From Lama glama (Eukaryota), in NCBI GenBank assembly GCA_028534125.1, contig CM052817.1, positions 92,444,001-92,508,000 on the forward strand: 64,000 nucleotides of DNA, read 5' to 3'. This document shows, piece by piece, positions 51,270 to 64,000 of this stretch. The translations under genes were made by a program, and so were the position numbers. Below the pieces are notes generated by a model, which searched no databases, was not told where the DNA came from, and was given only the letters and a program-made list of their open reading frames with translations. Position 1 is the stretch's first letter. The number at the start of each line of letters is the position of its first letter.

Positions 51270-51510
51270 TCAGCCCAGAGACAAACTCTCGGAAGTTGAT
51301 CAGAGAGTCTCCATTTTCATCTAATAACTGGAATAAGCGGGAGGCCAGCACGTCAGAGTGAGTTCCACAGGCCCAGGGAAAGAGCAGAGCAAACATGCCC
51401 TTGAACTGCTCAAAGTCGATGCGATACTGCTCCAGGTAAGGCAGGCTGGGGTCGTGCCGGTCCAGCGCATTGCTGCTCCCGCCCCAGTAGCAGCTAGTTA
51501 GATGTTCCGC
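51270..51510 (-). CDS. TBC1D9: TBC1D9 coding exon (EF-hand)
   Basis: tttcag|GCGGAACAT...CTGA|gtaagg; AEHLTSCYWGG...RLFQLLDENGDSLINFREFVSGL, with EF-hand loop DENGDSLINFRE; 241 nt. Confidence 0.96.
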
Positions 51511-51831
51511 CTGAAAAATCAAAGAACAGGGTTGCATCTCACAGCAAATACCAGGAAGAAAGATCTTCCCTCAGATTTGGAAAAAGGCTTTAGGTCCCCC
51601 ATGTGTATGTCCTGGGACAGTGCTCTGGTCCCAGGGCACCCTCGTCTTCTCTTCTATATACATCTCCACCTGACCACCCTCCACCAACTCCATGGCAACC
51701 ACCTCTACGGTTTCCATTTGACATGAAAAACCCAGTTCAATTGCTGGAGTAGGTGAAGAAAGAAAGTGAATGCCCCCTTATTTTCTTCTCCTTTACATAC
51801 ACGCTCAAGCATTTTAAGAAGTTAATTCCTG

Positions 51832-52818
51832 GAAACCGTAAGTAAAACAAAAAGACAACCTACGGAATGGGAGAAAATTTTTGCAAATGAAACCAACAAA
51901 GGCTTGATCTCCAGAATATATAAGCAGCTCATACGACTTAATAAGAAACAACCAAACAACCCAATCCAAAAATGGGCCAAATACCTAAACAAGCAATTCT
52001 CCAAGGAAGACGTACAAATGATAAATAGGCAGATGAAAAAATGCTCAATGTCACTAAGTATCAGAGAAATGCAAATCAAAACTACAATGAGGTATCACCT
52101 CACACCAGTCAGAATGGCCATCATTCAAAAGTCCACAAATGACAAATGCTGGAGAGGCTGTGGAGAAAGGGGAACCCTCCTGCACTGCTGGCGGGAAAGC
52201 AGTTTGGTGTAGTCACTATGGAAAACAGTGTGGAGATTCCTCAAAAGACTAGGAATAGACTTACCATATGACCCAGGAATCCTGCTCTTAGGCTTATATC
52301 CAGAAGGAACCCTACTTCAGGATGACACCTGCACCCCAATGTTCATAGCAGCACTATTTACAATAGCCAAGACATGGAAACAGCCTAAATGTCCATCAAC
52401 GGATGAATGNNNNNNNNNNNNNNNNNNNNNNNNNNNNNNNNNNNNNNNNNNNNNNNNNNNNNNNNNNNNNNNNNNNNNNNNNNNNNNNNNNNNNNNNNNN
52501 NNNNNNNNNAAAAAAAACACAAACAAAGCATAAATACAAAACAGAAATAGATTCATAGACAGAATACAAACTTGTGGTTGCCAAGGGGGTGGAGGGTGGG
52601 AAGGGATAGACTGGGATTTCAAAATTGTAGTATAGATAAACAAGATTATACTGTATAGCACAGAGAAATATATACAATTTCTAATGGTAGCTCAGAGAGA
52701 AAAAAATGTGACAATGAATATATATATGTTCATGTATAACTGAAAAATTGTGCTATACACTGGAATTTGATATAACATTGTAAAATGATTATAAATCAAT
52801 AAAAAAAAGTTTAAAAAA
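51832..52818 (+). mobile_element. Relatively young 5'-truncated L1 (ORF2 C-terminus plus 3' UTR)
   Basis: Translates to [13 protein letters not shown]...[11 protein letters not shown]...[15 protein letters not shown]...PMFIAALFTIAKTWKQPKCP; poly(A) tail; TSD aagttaattcctg (51819-51831) / aagttaactcctg (52819-52831). Confidence 0.92.
52410..52509. other. Assembly gap (100 N) inside the L1
   Basis: N run. Confidence 0.99.
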
Positions 52819-55800
52819 AAGTTAACTCCTGTAAAGACAAACAAATCTCTCTTTTTTTTTTTTTTAAGAAATACATAGAATGTTAACCTGAAAAGGATCT
52901 GTAATTCAGGCAATCTGATCCCCTTGTTTCCTAAGTGAGGACGGTACAGCCCAGAGGGCAAGTGGCTTCCACAGGTCATCCAGCCAGCTAGTCAGAGCAG
53001 AATCATGATGCGATTCTGGGTTTCCAAATCCCTAGTTCAGTGTTGTGTCCCGTAAACCCCCGGCTTCCAGGTCACCAAAAACCACACAGATATTATCCTA
53101 GCCATCCAGTATTCAGGCCACAGGTGTGTGGTCTTCCTGGTTCACACATCTGAAAATAGCTCCATTAAACTTGTGAGCAGGGACCACTAGGGTGAGGAGA
53201 ACAGAGATCCAACAAAAGGCTTCCTGTTTCTGTCCTTGGAAACAAGGCTGCCTCTTTATTCATGAGGTCATATTGATTCTGGCAGATATCCATGCCCATT
53301 CTAGGAAGACCACAAAGATAAAATAGCTAACAGAAAGGCCAGGAAGAATCCCCCCACCCCCCCACTACACAGGTGTTTACAGTGAGCACTGGGCATCCAA
53401 AGGGAGCCTTTATTTTTTACTTTATTCCCTGTTGTACTCTCTATTTCATTATCAGCATGTATAATATTTCAAACAGCAAAAAGCGCTTTGAAAACAGATC
53501 TTTCCCTCTTGCCTGAGGGCTCTGAGAAGGGGGCGTCAGTGGTGAGTGTGTAGTCCTTCAGTGCTGCTCTCACTTAGAATGGAGCAAAGAAGACCAGTGT
53601 CTTTATCCTGATTGTTTAGTGCGGTTGTAGCTAACAACCCCCCAAAAAAGAGAGGAGTGGGAGTGGCAGGATGGGAGGAAGGAGAGGTTTCTGCAGTGCA
53701 GCCTTAGCAGAATAAAGGAAGCGTGTCAAGCTCACCTGGCTTTGGGCTGCACCCCTGCTACTGGGCGTGGGGTGGGCAGTGGTGACAGTGGTGATGTCAG
53801 AGGGAGGGAGGCAGAGGCTGAGGTCCGAGGGCCACGTGGGTTAAGCTCTACTCTGAATTATCAGTGATGCCCAGCAGCCCTCTGTGGGTGGGACGGTGTT
53901 GGTGATACAACCGCCGGGAGGGGTCCTCTTTACCTGAGCTACGTCAGTGGATAAGTTTACCCAGAGCATTTCCTCTAACTGGAGTGCCCACATTCCTCTG
54001 GAACCAGAGGAATGTGGTGTAGGCACCTTCACGGTGCTCACCCCATCACGAAACAACCAGCCATGCAGATCGATCATGTCCCTCCTCCTTGATGAGACCT
54101 CCTACTCCATCACTTAGGGACTGGGGACCGGAGATTGAAAAAGGACTAACTGAGAAAGAGTTCAAGAGAAACCAAGGCACAGGGGCCCTGAGCCACATTT
54201 TCCATCAAATCTGCCTCAGGGTGGCAGCCTTTCACCTTTTTTGTTTTTAAACAAGTTTTAGCCCAAAGCCCAAGCAGAAAGCTCTGTGGGAGATGACGGT
54301 CTCTTTCCTTTGTATCCACAGAAACCCCCCCAGGAACTGGCTTTTTAAAGGACTAAAGAGTCTGGCAGGGTGTCTCACACAGTAATGCCTCAATAAATGT
54401 TTGTTCAGTTGAAATAATGCCATTTGAAGTGTTCAGAAGACTCAAGAAAGAGTCCATTACTGGAATCTTTATCTTGGGTTCTGCAGCACAAGGCTCCTTC
54501 CCATCTTGACAGCAACCAAGGGTCTTGGGTTCCTTCTCGGGGTGCTCAGCAGACATGGGGAGCTCGTGTTTGTCAACACGCTTAGGAGAGAGTGTACCAA
54601 GCACTTTCCTTATACTTTGGTACATAAGGAAAGCTTTCTTCAGGCATATCCTCAGCATACAAAAGCCACCCCCGGTACCTGCAGGTGCACAGACTAGAGA
54701 CGGCAGGGGTGCCCAGACAGAAGACATGGCTTTAGTGATCTCTGAATCTGGGACTTCTGCACAACCAGTCCTGGTTCTCCAGTTCCTGGTGTCCCCCAAA
54801 GTCAGCCTCCTCTTTCAAGTGTCATAGCCCTTCCCATTATCTGTCCATGGTCTTGCTGCCTCCAGCTGCTACTCCCACTTCTGTTTAGTTACCCCAAATC
54901 CTGGCCCTACCCTCACCACCCTGGATGCAGATTTCTTCTGGTTCTCAGTATCCTTTTAAAATCTGATCTCAATGGAATCCTTGTATTTTGTTTGTTTGTT
55001 TTGTACCCAGTTGGGTCATTACATTTTTCCTCCATGAAACGAAGAGGGACCCCTTCTTTACGGCTACCGACTTACACCGAGCCATTAGCTACAGAGCTTT
55101 ATGTGTATGAACAGAACACGAATGAGTAGAGACTTCACCATCAAGGGCTGAATGCGGCTGGTGGGGGCACTGCTGTCCACTCCCTCGGTCAGGCTGCTGG
55201 GCTGCACAGAGTGCATCGCTATCCAGCTATGAAACCTGAATCTCTCTGCACCCACATCAGAGGCATGCAGAGATGGTACTAAATTGAAAACTGATCACTG
55301 ATTTACGTAGGCATTCAACATGCATGTTTGGAACACCTATCAGGGGGAGACTAGACTAGGCATTTAGCGAAACAAAAGTAAATAAAACTTTTTATTTTAT
55401 TTATCATCACATTCTCTGATCCTGAGGTCTGTCAGTGTCCTGTTCAGATCTTTATGTTTGTCCCTTTATGTCTGTCCCTGAACTACTGTTGCAGTCCTCA
55501 ACACAGCCAAATTTAGTTCTGGAAGTAAGAGGCACTGTATACAAGACACCAGCCAGTTAAGAGATGGTGATAAAATTGGTACCTGTACAAAAGGCATCTT
55601 TTTAAGACTTTTTCCCTATCAATTGCCACATTTGTACCTCTGATGTTGGTAATGACAGCTACAAAAGTAATTTTTTTCTAGAAGGAATAACATTCTACAC
55701 TGCTGTATTTACTAATGTAATATTTTCTTACTCAGGACCAAGATTGGTAATGGGCTGAATTAGAAATGGAAATAACAGAAATTTGAACAATTAGGCTTTT

Positions 55801-56252
55801 GCTCAGACATCTGAGCAGCTTTAGTCTTATTCTAGCTACATACCTCTCTTCAATAAAAAGTGCCCTAGCTTAGTATAGAAAGCTATTAGGATGCTTTAAT
55901 ATAGTTTAATATAGGAAATTATAATTTACAAGAGTTTCAGGCAGAATTTAAACTTGATTGTTGTTGTTCTAATGAATATTATAAAGTAATCCCCTGTTTT
56001 TTAAGTCCAGGGAGACTTCTAAAATATTGTATGGAGTGGAAGAAAGCTAAAAGATCAACTTAAAAGAGTTCTACAAACACCTTTATTTTTCATATTCAGC
56101 ACTCCATTTTTATACTCTCAGCTCTGTCTTCCTGTTTATGCATGTTGGCACTCATGCTGTCCCTTCATAATTTAACGGAAGAATCTAGAACTCACTGAAT
56201 TATTCAACTCCTTTATTTCCCTGAATGTACACAAGTTTTCTTTGAAACTCAC

Positions 56253-56321
56253 CTTGAAAAGAGCATAAAGTTCCTCCAGCTCATCAATGGTAAAGGAAGT
56301 TTCTGTCACAATAGTTCGTAC
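56253..56321 (-). CDS. TBC1D9: TBC1D9 coding exon
   Basis: ttatag|GTACGAACT...TTCAAG|gtgagt; VRTIVTETSFTIDELEELYALFK; 69 nt. Confidence 0.95.
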
Positions 56322-56497
56322 CTATAAGAAGAATAAACACAATGAATTTTATAAACTTAAAAATATCCTAATGGGAAAAGTTCCTGATTTTCTCCTTTTA
56401 AATCATCTTCAGTCTGTCAGACAGGAATTTATGAGTTGCCAGGAGTGCAGGGAAGGATGGAGAAGGAAGGCCACATGCCGTTTCTCGAAGGACTCAC

Positions 56498-56596
56498 CAC
56501 ATTCCGCTTCGTGGTATCCTCCAGTGTCTGGATCACCTTCAGTCTCTGTTTGAATCTCATCTGCTCAATGAGATCTGCCCGGATAGTTCCAAATTT
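56498..56596 (-). CDS. TBC1D9: TBC1D9 coding exon (most 5' one found in the window)
   Basis: ttccag|AAATTTGGA...AATGTG|gtgagt; KFGTIRADLIEQMRFKQRLKVIQTLEDTTKRNV; 99 nt. The eight exons splice to 487 aa plus stop. Confidence 0.95.
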
Positions 56597-57289
56597 CTGG
56601 AAAGGAGCAATATTGACAGGTCTGAGAAATCTGCTAAAGCACACAGTGTCCTTTCGGCAGGACTGATGGAGGCACAGCCCTGATACACACAGGAAATATC
56701 CTGTCCAGTCAGAGGCCTCCTAGACCACACCTTGATTTACTGTATTATCTTTGTTTATTTTAAAACCATTTAAAAGCCATCAATAAATAACAGAAAATTC
56801 TCGTGCTTCTTACCAGCTGAACTAAATTTCAAAGCCAAATGAGTTTCACACAGCACAGTTTGTAAGGAAGAAGAAGGGTTAAATAAGGCTACAAGGACCA
56901 TTTGTGTATTAAAAAATGCTTTAAAGGAAGAACTTTCTTGACAGGAAGAAAAGAACTATCTATGGCCAATTGTTAAACTGGGAGGTTGGAAGGGATGTTG
57001 GTGTGAGGCTCCTTGTCTAGACCTCAAGTTCAACAGCATTTGTCTCTGGGTGGCAGACGCTGAGGGCTAGCTACCTTTTCAAACTCCAAAATGCCTAGCA
57101 TTGCCTGAATGTTTATTGAACTACATTTCAAAAGCCAAATGAGCCTTCCAATTAGAAGGCAGAGAAAGAAGATGTAAGGTTTCCTCTCCCTTAGTGGTGT
57201 GGAAGAAAAACAAAGAAATTCTGCCTCAAGTGCAACTCATGGAAGCAATGCTGCAATGGTCAAACACGTGTAAAGGGTACAAGAAGAGC

Positions 57290-58882
57290 TGACAGACAAC
57301 AGCAAGTGTTGACAAAGGCACGGTGCAGCCAAAACTCTCATGTGCTGTTTGTTGCTCAGCGTATTAACTGGTATTACCATTTTGGAAATCCATCTGGCAG
57401 TATCCACTAAATCTAAACAGATACATACCTATGACCCAGAAGCTCCTCTCCTAAGTATACCCCCCAAAAATGTGTATATATATTTTTTACCAAAAGACAT
57501 ACACTAGAATATTCCTAGTGCCACTACTAGCCAAAAGCAAGAACCACTCAAATCTTCATTAACAGTAGCACAGATAAATACATTGTAGTATTGTCACACC
57601 ATGGATTACTAAGCAGCAATGGAAATGAGCAATTTGGTTCATAATGCTGAGCAAAATAAACCAGAACCCAAAGAGCACATTCTGTGTAATTCCATTTATA
57701 TGAAGTTCAAAAACAAAATTAATCTATGGTGCTAAAAGTCAGGAGAATTATTAACCTTGCTTGGGTGGATAGGGACAGGAAGGGGACACAAAGGGCACTT
57801 TTGGGGCGTGGTATTGATCTGGAAAATGGTCACATGGGTACGTTAAATGGACAGTTTGAAGAGTGCTTTTGCACATCCATACTGTGGCATATTACACAGA
57901 AATTTTAAAAAAACAAAACTAATGTTGATGTAGACAATGACTTGGATGAACCTCAAAGAACTCATGCTGAATGAAAAAAGTGAATGAAATGAAGTAAGCC
58001 AGAAAGAGAAAGAAAAATATCATATGATATCATTCATATGTGATATGTGGAATCCGGAAAAAAAAGACACTATGAACTCATTTACAAAACAGAAACAGAC
58101 TTGCAGATTTAGTAAACAATCTTATGGTTATCGGGGAATGGGGGTGGGAGGCAATAAATTTGGGAGTTTGTGATTTGCAAATGTTTGCCACTATATATAA
58201 AAATAGATTTTAAAAAAGTTTCTTTTTTATAGCACAGGGAACTATGTTCAATATCTTGTAATAAACTTTAATGAAAAAAATATGAAAATGAATATATGTA
58301 TGTATATGCGTGACTGGGACACTGTGCTGTACACCAGAGAAAGACACATTGTAATTGTACTTCAATAAAAAAACATTATAAAGGAGCACAGAGCTTGAAA
58401 GGGGAGAGAGAAAAAAAAAAAGACAAATCTTAAAAGGATACATATTGCATATTTCTATTTATGTAACGATCATGAAATAACACGATTATAGAGATGGAGA
58501 ACAGGAGAGGGAGAACAGACTAATGGCTGCCGGTGTTAGCCGGGGGGTGAGGGAGGAGTGGGAGTGGCTGTGAAGGAGTAACACTAGAGGTGAGGGTGCA
58601 GCTGAGTGCCTTGGCTGTGATGGGAGTTACACAAGGCGATGCACATGGCAAAACTGCACACAGCCACAGAGACACACACACAAATGAGTGCATGCAGAAT
58701 TGATGAAACCTGAATAAGCCCTGTGGATTGGGCCAATGTCAATGTCTTGGTTTTGATTTCATATGGAGGTTGTTTGAGATGTTAGCACTGGGGAGGAGGC
58801 GACTTGGGGAGAAAAGGCATGTGACTTCCCTGTACGTTTCTTTGCTATCTCTTATAAATCGATTATGATTTAGAAATAAAAG
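57290..58882 (+). mobile_element. Old L1MC/ME 3' fragments with a nested younger L1
   Basis: catacctatgacccagaagctcctctcctaagtata...; tggatgaacctcaaagaactcatgctgaatgaaaaaag resumes at 58423 with acaaatcttaaaagg and ends in gaaataaaa. Confidence 0.75.
57981..58421 (+). mobile_element. Younger L1 3' end with extra 3' sequence
   Basis: gaagtaagccagaaagagaaagaaaaatatcatatg...gactgggacactgtgctgtacaccagag...ttcaataaaaaaa, then 37 nt and a second A-tract. Confidence 0.85.
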
Positions 58883-59699
58883 CGGCTTTTTGTTTGTTTT
58901 GTGTTTTGAAGTTATGATGAAACATTTTATGACAGAAAATGATGAAGGAATCTGAAAAGTAAGCGACCATCAGGCAGCTGAGAAATTACCTTTGAATCTA
59001 AGACTACTGTGGGTATAGAGAGAGAACACTAGCTTTTTGAAATCATGAAATGAGGCCTAGCATTATCTAGCTAAGTCACATGTGAGAGACACCCCATGGC
59101 TGTCACACAGATTGTCACACCAAGATCCACAGATCTGCTCTCCCTGCATGCAGAAAATTCAAAATTTCAACTGAGTATCCAGACACCCAGCAAATGAGCA
59201 CATTTCCAGCCTCCCCTTCTGTGCCAGGTGGCTTGATTCCGACCAAAATAATGTGAGCACAAGTGACTGAGGAGGACCCATTAAGGGAAAGGGGTAGACA
59301 CACCCTGTCTCCTTCCTGCAGGGAGGAGACACTGCTCAAGAGTGAACTAAAAGAAGCCCGAGCCCCTGGTGCCGCTGAGCTCCACACCGGCCCTGAACTG
59401 CCTTGCTGGCTCAGAGTGAGAGGGAAACAAACTTCTATCATGCTGACCTCTATTTTGGGGTCTGCTGTTATGACAGCCTGGCCTGGGCTCCAACTAATAC
59501 AAGAGCTAAAACCTATAAACTGCTTACTATGGACTACGGTGTTTGGCATAAATTTACATGTCTTCTGTTCATTCCATTTAATCTGACTCTCCTGGTTCCG
59601 TTTATGCCTCACTGGCTACTCCCTTTCTGTCTCCTCTGCACATCCCCCTCCATCCTGAAACCTTGGGGAACTCCAGGCTGAGTCTTAAAACCTCTTTTC

Positions 59700-60325
59700 T
59701 CCATCAACACCGACTCCCCAGGGACTCCCAGCACTGTTCACTGCCTCTCCTGTCACCACCGTGGTCTAAGCCACAACTGTCTCTTACAACAGTCCCCACA
59801 CGGATCTTTGAGGCCCTCTACCTTCATTTTTCCCCTAGAAGCAAGAGTGGTCTTTCTAAAACCTGTGTCAGATGTACTGCTCCCTTGCTTTCAACTCCAG
59901 TGGTTTCACAGCTCACTCAGCGTCGAATTCCAAGTCTGACCAAGGCCCACAGCCCCCACCTTCCCCCTCCCTCCCCCAGCTAGCTCTCCATCACCTGCCA
60001 CCACCCTCTCCTCACCCCGTCCAGGCACAATGGCCTCAGCTGTTCCTCAGACACACCATGCTGGCTCCACTGCCAGCAGGGGCCTCAGCCCTGGCCACCC
60101 CTCTTGACTGGAAATTGCTTCTCTCAGACACCATGCACTGGTGTCCCCATGTCACCTGTGTCTCTGCTAAATGTCACTTCACCAGACACGCAGAGAAACT
60201 GCGCTCCCTATCTTTTCACCCGTTGTGTTCTTTCTGACTTGTTTGCCTCTCGCCCCGTACTATGAGGGTAGAGAGTGGACAGTCTGATTCACAGCAAGGG
60301 CTCAACACATGTTGGCTGAACACAC
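59700..60325 (+). mobile_element. L2 3' region
   Basis: ccaccgtggtctaagccac...gcaagagtggtctttctaaaac...cctcagctgttcctcagacacacc...gggctcaacacatgttggctgaa. Confidence 0.7.
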
Positions 60326-60550
60326 TAAATCCTCAGCAGGAAAGACGTGCTCTTCTTACCTGCATTTCAGAAACGAGGAAACGGATGTTTACCAAATCAT
60401 TAACTTGCCCAAGGCTGCAGAGCTGTGCAGCCAGGTGTGAACGCAGGCTGTCCGATGCTAGGGTAAGCACCCAGAGCCCGACCTCTGGGGGGCGCCCCAG
60501 GAGTTCACCTCTCTGACTTCCTCCAAGCACAGCCGGTGCTCAGTGATGCC

Positions 60551-60676
60551 TTGGTCTGCCAGATTCAGTAAATAAAGTACAGGAGATACAGGGTGCCCAG
60601 TCACATTACTGATTCAGATAAGCAATGAATAACTGTCTCCTCTAATATTAGTCCTGTGTTTTATCTGACAACCCTA
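60551..60676. mobile_element. Internally deleted MER53-like MITE
   Basis: tgccagattcagtaaataaa...tacagggtgcccagt...ttcagataagcaatgaataa...tcctgtgttttatctgacaacccta. Confidence 0.65.
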
Positions 60677-63600
60677 GAGACAGTATCTCCCTACAGGTGG
60701 CTCCATGTGGTGGACTCTGAACTATGTAATTTAGAATTTCTCCAAACTGCGGTTTACAGCTAAAGACCCCACCTTTCTAGTACTTTCTACCTGTTTTGAA
60801 AGAGAATTGAGTTTTGACTCAGGCATCCCTTTCTGATAACTAAGACACGATAGTGCACTGGTATCTTGAAAGCTGACCAGTGAAATCCCTCACCACTTAT
60901 GTGGTAAGAGGGTTTTGACCTAATGAATGCAGGGTTTATGGAAGAAATGTCTCCTCTTCAGAGAAGCAGCTTCTAATGACCAAGTAAGAATTCTCTTGAC
61001 AATAAACAAAGATGCAATACACTTATTTCCACTGAGAAGCCAGAATGCAGAGGTGGTTGGTAGGAGCTACCACTGGTGATGGAAAATATCACCTCTAATT
61101 CTCTCTGGGGTTATTACACCTTTGAAGGGGAAAGTTACCAGGGACGGTAACTCTTCTGATCCTAACGGAAGTGGGGGGAGCATCCACTGCCAAGTTCAAG
61201 CTGAAGATGTAGGACTGGGTTTACCTCAAACCGGGCCACAGTGTGCCTCTGATCAGCCAAAAACATTAGCTGTGAGGAAGAAGGAAACTAAATTTTCTGG
61301 CATCTACAACTGGCAGGGACGTTAACCATGTCATGGGCTCCTTACAATAACTCACTCCTTGTGAGTTGGTCCTGTTACTTCCATTATACAGATGGCAAAA
61401 CCAAGGTCCAGAGAGGTTATGTAAGCTGCCTGGAATCCCACAGGGGCTGCGTTGTAATGTGAGGCCCAGCCACCTGCTTCATAACTCCACCACTTCCTGT
61501 CCCCTCAGCCAATAGGTTCTTCCTTGTGTCTGGGGAGAAGAGAACATAAACTTTGGAGCTAGACAAAATCTGATCTGAATTTTTGTTCTTTCACTGGGCC
61601 ATTCATTTGAGTTGTCTGACTCCCAGTTTCTTCCTCTGTAAAATGAAACCCCAAATGTGTCCTTGTGGAACTGCCTTTAGAAATAAAGATATAGTAATAT
61701 ATAAAGTACAAAAAAAATTAAAAATAAAGTACAAATAATAATAACTAATAGTAGGCCCTGGCGTGGTGATCTCTGCAGATTGCTAAAGAGAGAGTTCTTT
61801 CCCCTAAGCCTGATACAATTTATATTTAATTGACATCTGTTTCTCAACTAGAAATGGGCCCAGCTGTCTGCTAGGCAGGGCCAGGGACTGGCCATGGACA
61901 GAACACAATGGAACACATACAATGTTTAGAAACAGAAATGGACCATAGAATCTGGATGGTAGAAATGATGCCTTCTTTTGGTTTCAGCTTCGCTGTGGTC
62001 GGCAGGTATGTTCAGATCATTCCATGGACTTCGGCCTAAACTAAGAATATTTTTTTAAGCTGCAGCATCTAAGTCCTCCAGAGAGAGGACTTAGAAAGGA
62101 GGGACCTATTGCACTTGGTGAAACCTGGCCCTTCTGGTGTCTTTCAAATGTGTATGAATCTGTTTTCCATCAGCCCTGCCTTCCCATCAATGCGAAGGAA
62201 AGCTTGGGAGGATGAAGGAAATCACAAAGAGGCGCCCGGCACTGGAAGGGGACCGCTTGTCCCACCCAGGAATGCTCTAGGGGTGGGAAGGGCCTCAGAG
62301 CATAAAACTGGGAACTCGGGGCAGACCTGTCTCCACCTCATTCCCATATCTGATCCTCTTGCTCCTCGTCTGGAAATCTGCGGGGGGGGGAAAGGGAACG
62401 TCACGCAAGGGGGGGGGTGAGGTGGTACGAAACAAAGGTCTGCAAACCTAAGACTTAGTTGCTGTCAGCAACCAGTGGGGAAAACTTACTTGCTGTCAGC
62501 AACCACAGAGAGGAGGGACTGCCTGCACTGACAATTGCTTCTCAGCTCACAAAGACGTTAGGAATTAGACTGGAGAGTTAGACACAGGCCACAGACATGT
62601 ACAGAGAAACACAGAGCTGAAGAAGAGATGGAAATGAAGATGGCTAATTTGTTTATTGTTTAAGGAAGGGGGGATTTTAGGAAATTTAAATAACGTTAGG
62701 CTCTCTGATGCCCATCAGTGAATTTTGTTTGTTAGAAAGAGCATAATTCAATTAATGAATCGGCTCTTTTCATGGAACTGAAATTCCTCGGGAATTGCCC
62801 TTGCTTGGGGATGATGGGAAATGCTTGTTTGGAAATGCTGGCTCCTGGATCTACTGAGCCAACTTTTCTTTGCCTTGTTTTTAGCATTTCAGTCTGTCAG
62901 AGCCCCTTCAAAAAGGTGAGGGGCAGGGGAGAGAAGACCACTACCCCATTGTTCTCATGACCCATTTTCCTTTAGAAGAGCTCCAGAAATAGCCAGGCTG
63001 GAACTTGGAATTTATGATTTCCTTTTAGGTTGGGACCGTTTGCACCGGATGTCCTAATTCTACGGTCCATTTCTGTTTTTAAATAAGACTAGGTCATGGG
63101 AATTATGCCCAAAGTGCCTTTTACATGTTTCTTAGTTTATGGGGTGCTTATTTTCCCAGTATATAGAATGGGGTTCACTCCTGTTAGCCAGAGGGCTGAG
63201 CCCCATTCACACTGAACAGTCCTTTCAGTATGAGAAAGTCTCCAGATGCCCAGAGCAGAGAGTGAGGCTCTGCCTTGGAAGACTGTGGGGGGAGAGAGGG
63301 GAAATGGTGGGTGTTGGGCATGCGGGTCTTTGGATTTCCAGAAAGCAGCATAAAGTTACAAGAGGCTGAGCCCAAGATGGGAGAGAGATTCTCAAATACA
63401 GCTGAAGGGGCGTTCCCCCCGGGCTCCGCCCTGCCGTGTTCTGTGGTGGCGGCACCTGTGTGTACCTGTGTGCTCACGTGCCGGGGTAGGGGCTGGGGAA
63501 GGTGTTTGGGTGGAGGAAAGAGCAGGACAAGAAGCAAGAAGATAGGAGGGGACCAGCATATGCAGTCAGTGCAAGGACTTTGCTTGTTGGAGTCCCACGT

Positions 63601-63924
63601 CTGCTGAGCGGGCTGCCCTCTAAGGCCCTCTGAGCTTAAGTCTCCACTCACAGCAATATCCAGACCTACGGGACACCTTTGTAACTCTGCCAGAAAGCAG
63701 GCCCATATTTTGTAACTACACTGAGGCTCCTCAAAGGACTATGTCATCTGAAGTCTCTGCCGAGCAGAAAGGGCTCGAAAAGCCATTGTCACATTAAGTA
63801 AATATGAACATTATACAAAACACGTTAGCTTCAGTGTCAGATATGCTCTGGGCACTGCCTGTATATTAGCTGTGGGTTGAACATGCTGGTTGAAACACAA
63901 GAAATAATGCGAAGCACATTAGAG

Positions 63925-64000
63925 ATAAACAGACTTGGGATCTGAAGCCCTGCTCCAATTTACTGAGGAACCTTGGGCAAGTTACTTAACCTCTCTGAGC
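63925..64000 (+). mobile_element. MIR SINE (runs off the window)
   Basis: agacttgggatctgaagccctgctcca...ccttgggcaagttacttaacctctctgagc. Confidence 0.75.

Noticed and set aside
51904..52533. Novel protein-coding ORFs
   Set aside because: L1 ORF2 remnant, truncated and with an internal stop.
1..64000. CRISPR array, prokaryotic operon or other novel multi-gene system
   Set aside because: Spliced mammalian genes and mammalian repeats explain the recognisable structure; I saw no repeat-spacer array or unexplained long ORF.

Overview
Mammalian genomic DNA covering the conserved ELMOD2 (+) / UCP1 (-) / TBC1D9 (-) locus. A Vic-1-type tRNA-derived SINE suggests a camelid. The window holds the last four coding exons and 3' UTR of ELMOD2 (284-~12390) and UCP1 exons 2-6 (14485-20274), with GT-AG splice sites and an open frame. 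UCP1 exon 1 and its promoter are not visible and probably fall in the 500-N gap. The classical eutherian UCP1 enhancer lies at ~24390-24660, and the last eight coding exons and 3' UTR of TBC1D9 span ~41040-56596. The rest is intron and intergenic DNA rich in L1, L2, MIR, MLT1 and DNA-transposon relics. I found no new biological system. The best leads are: a Leu->Trp change next to the nucleotide-binding Arg277 of UCP1; a shifted UCP1 exon-3 acceptor; a candidate distal DR1/PPRE enhancer; an L1 insertion beside the UCP1 enhancer; a duplicated ELMOD2 splice donor; and a probable L1 3' transduction. Gene, exon-number and repeat-family calls come from recalled sequences, not database searches.
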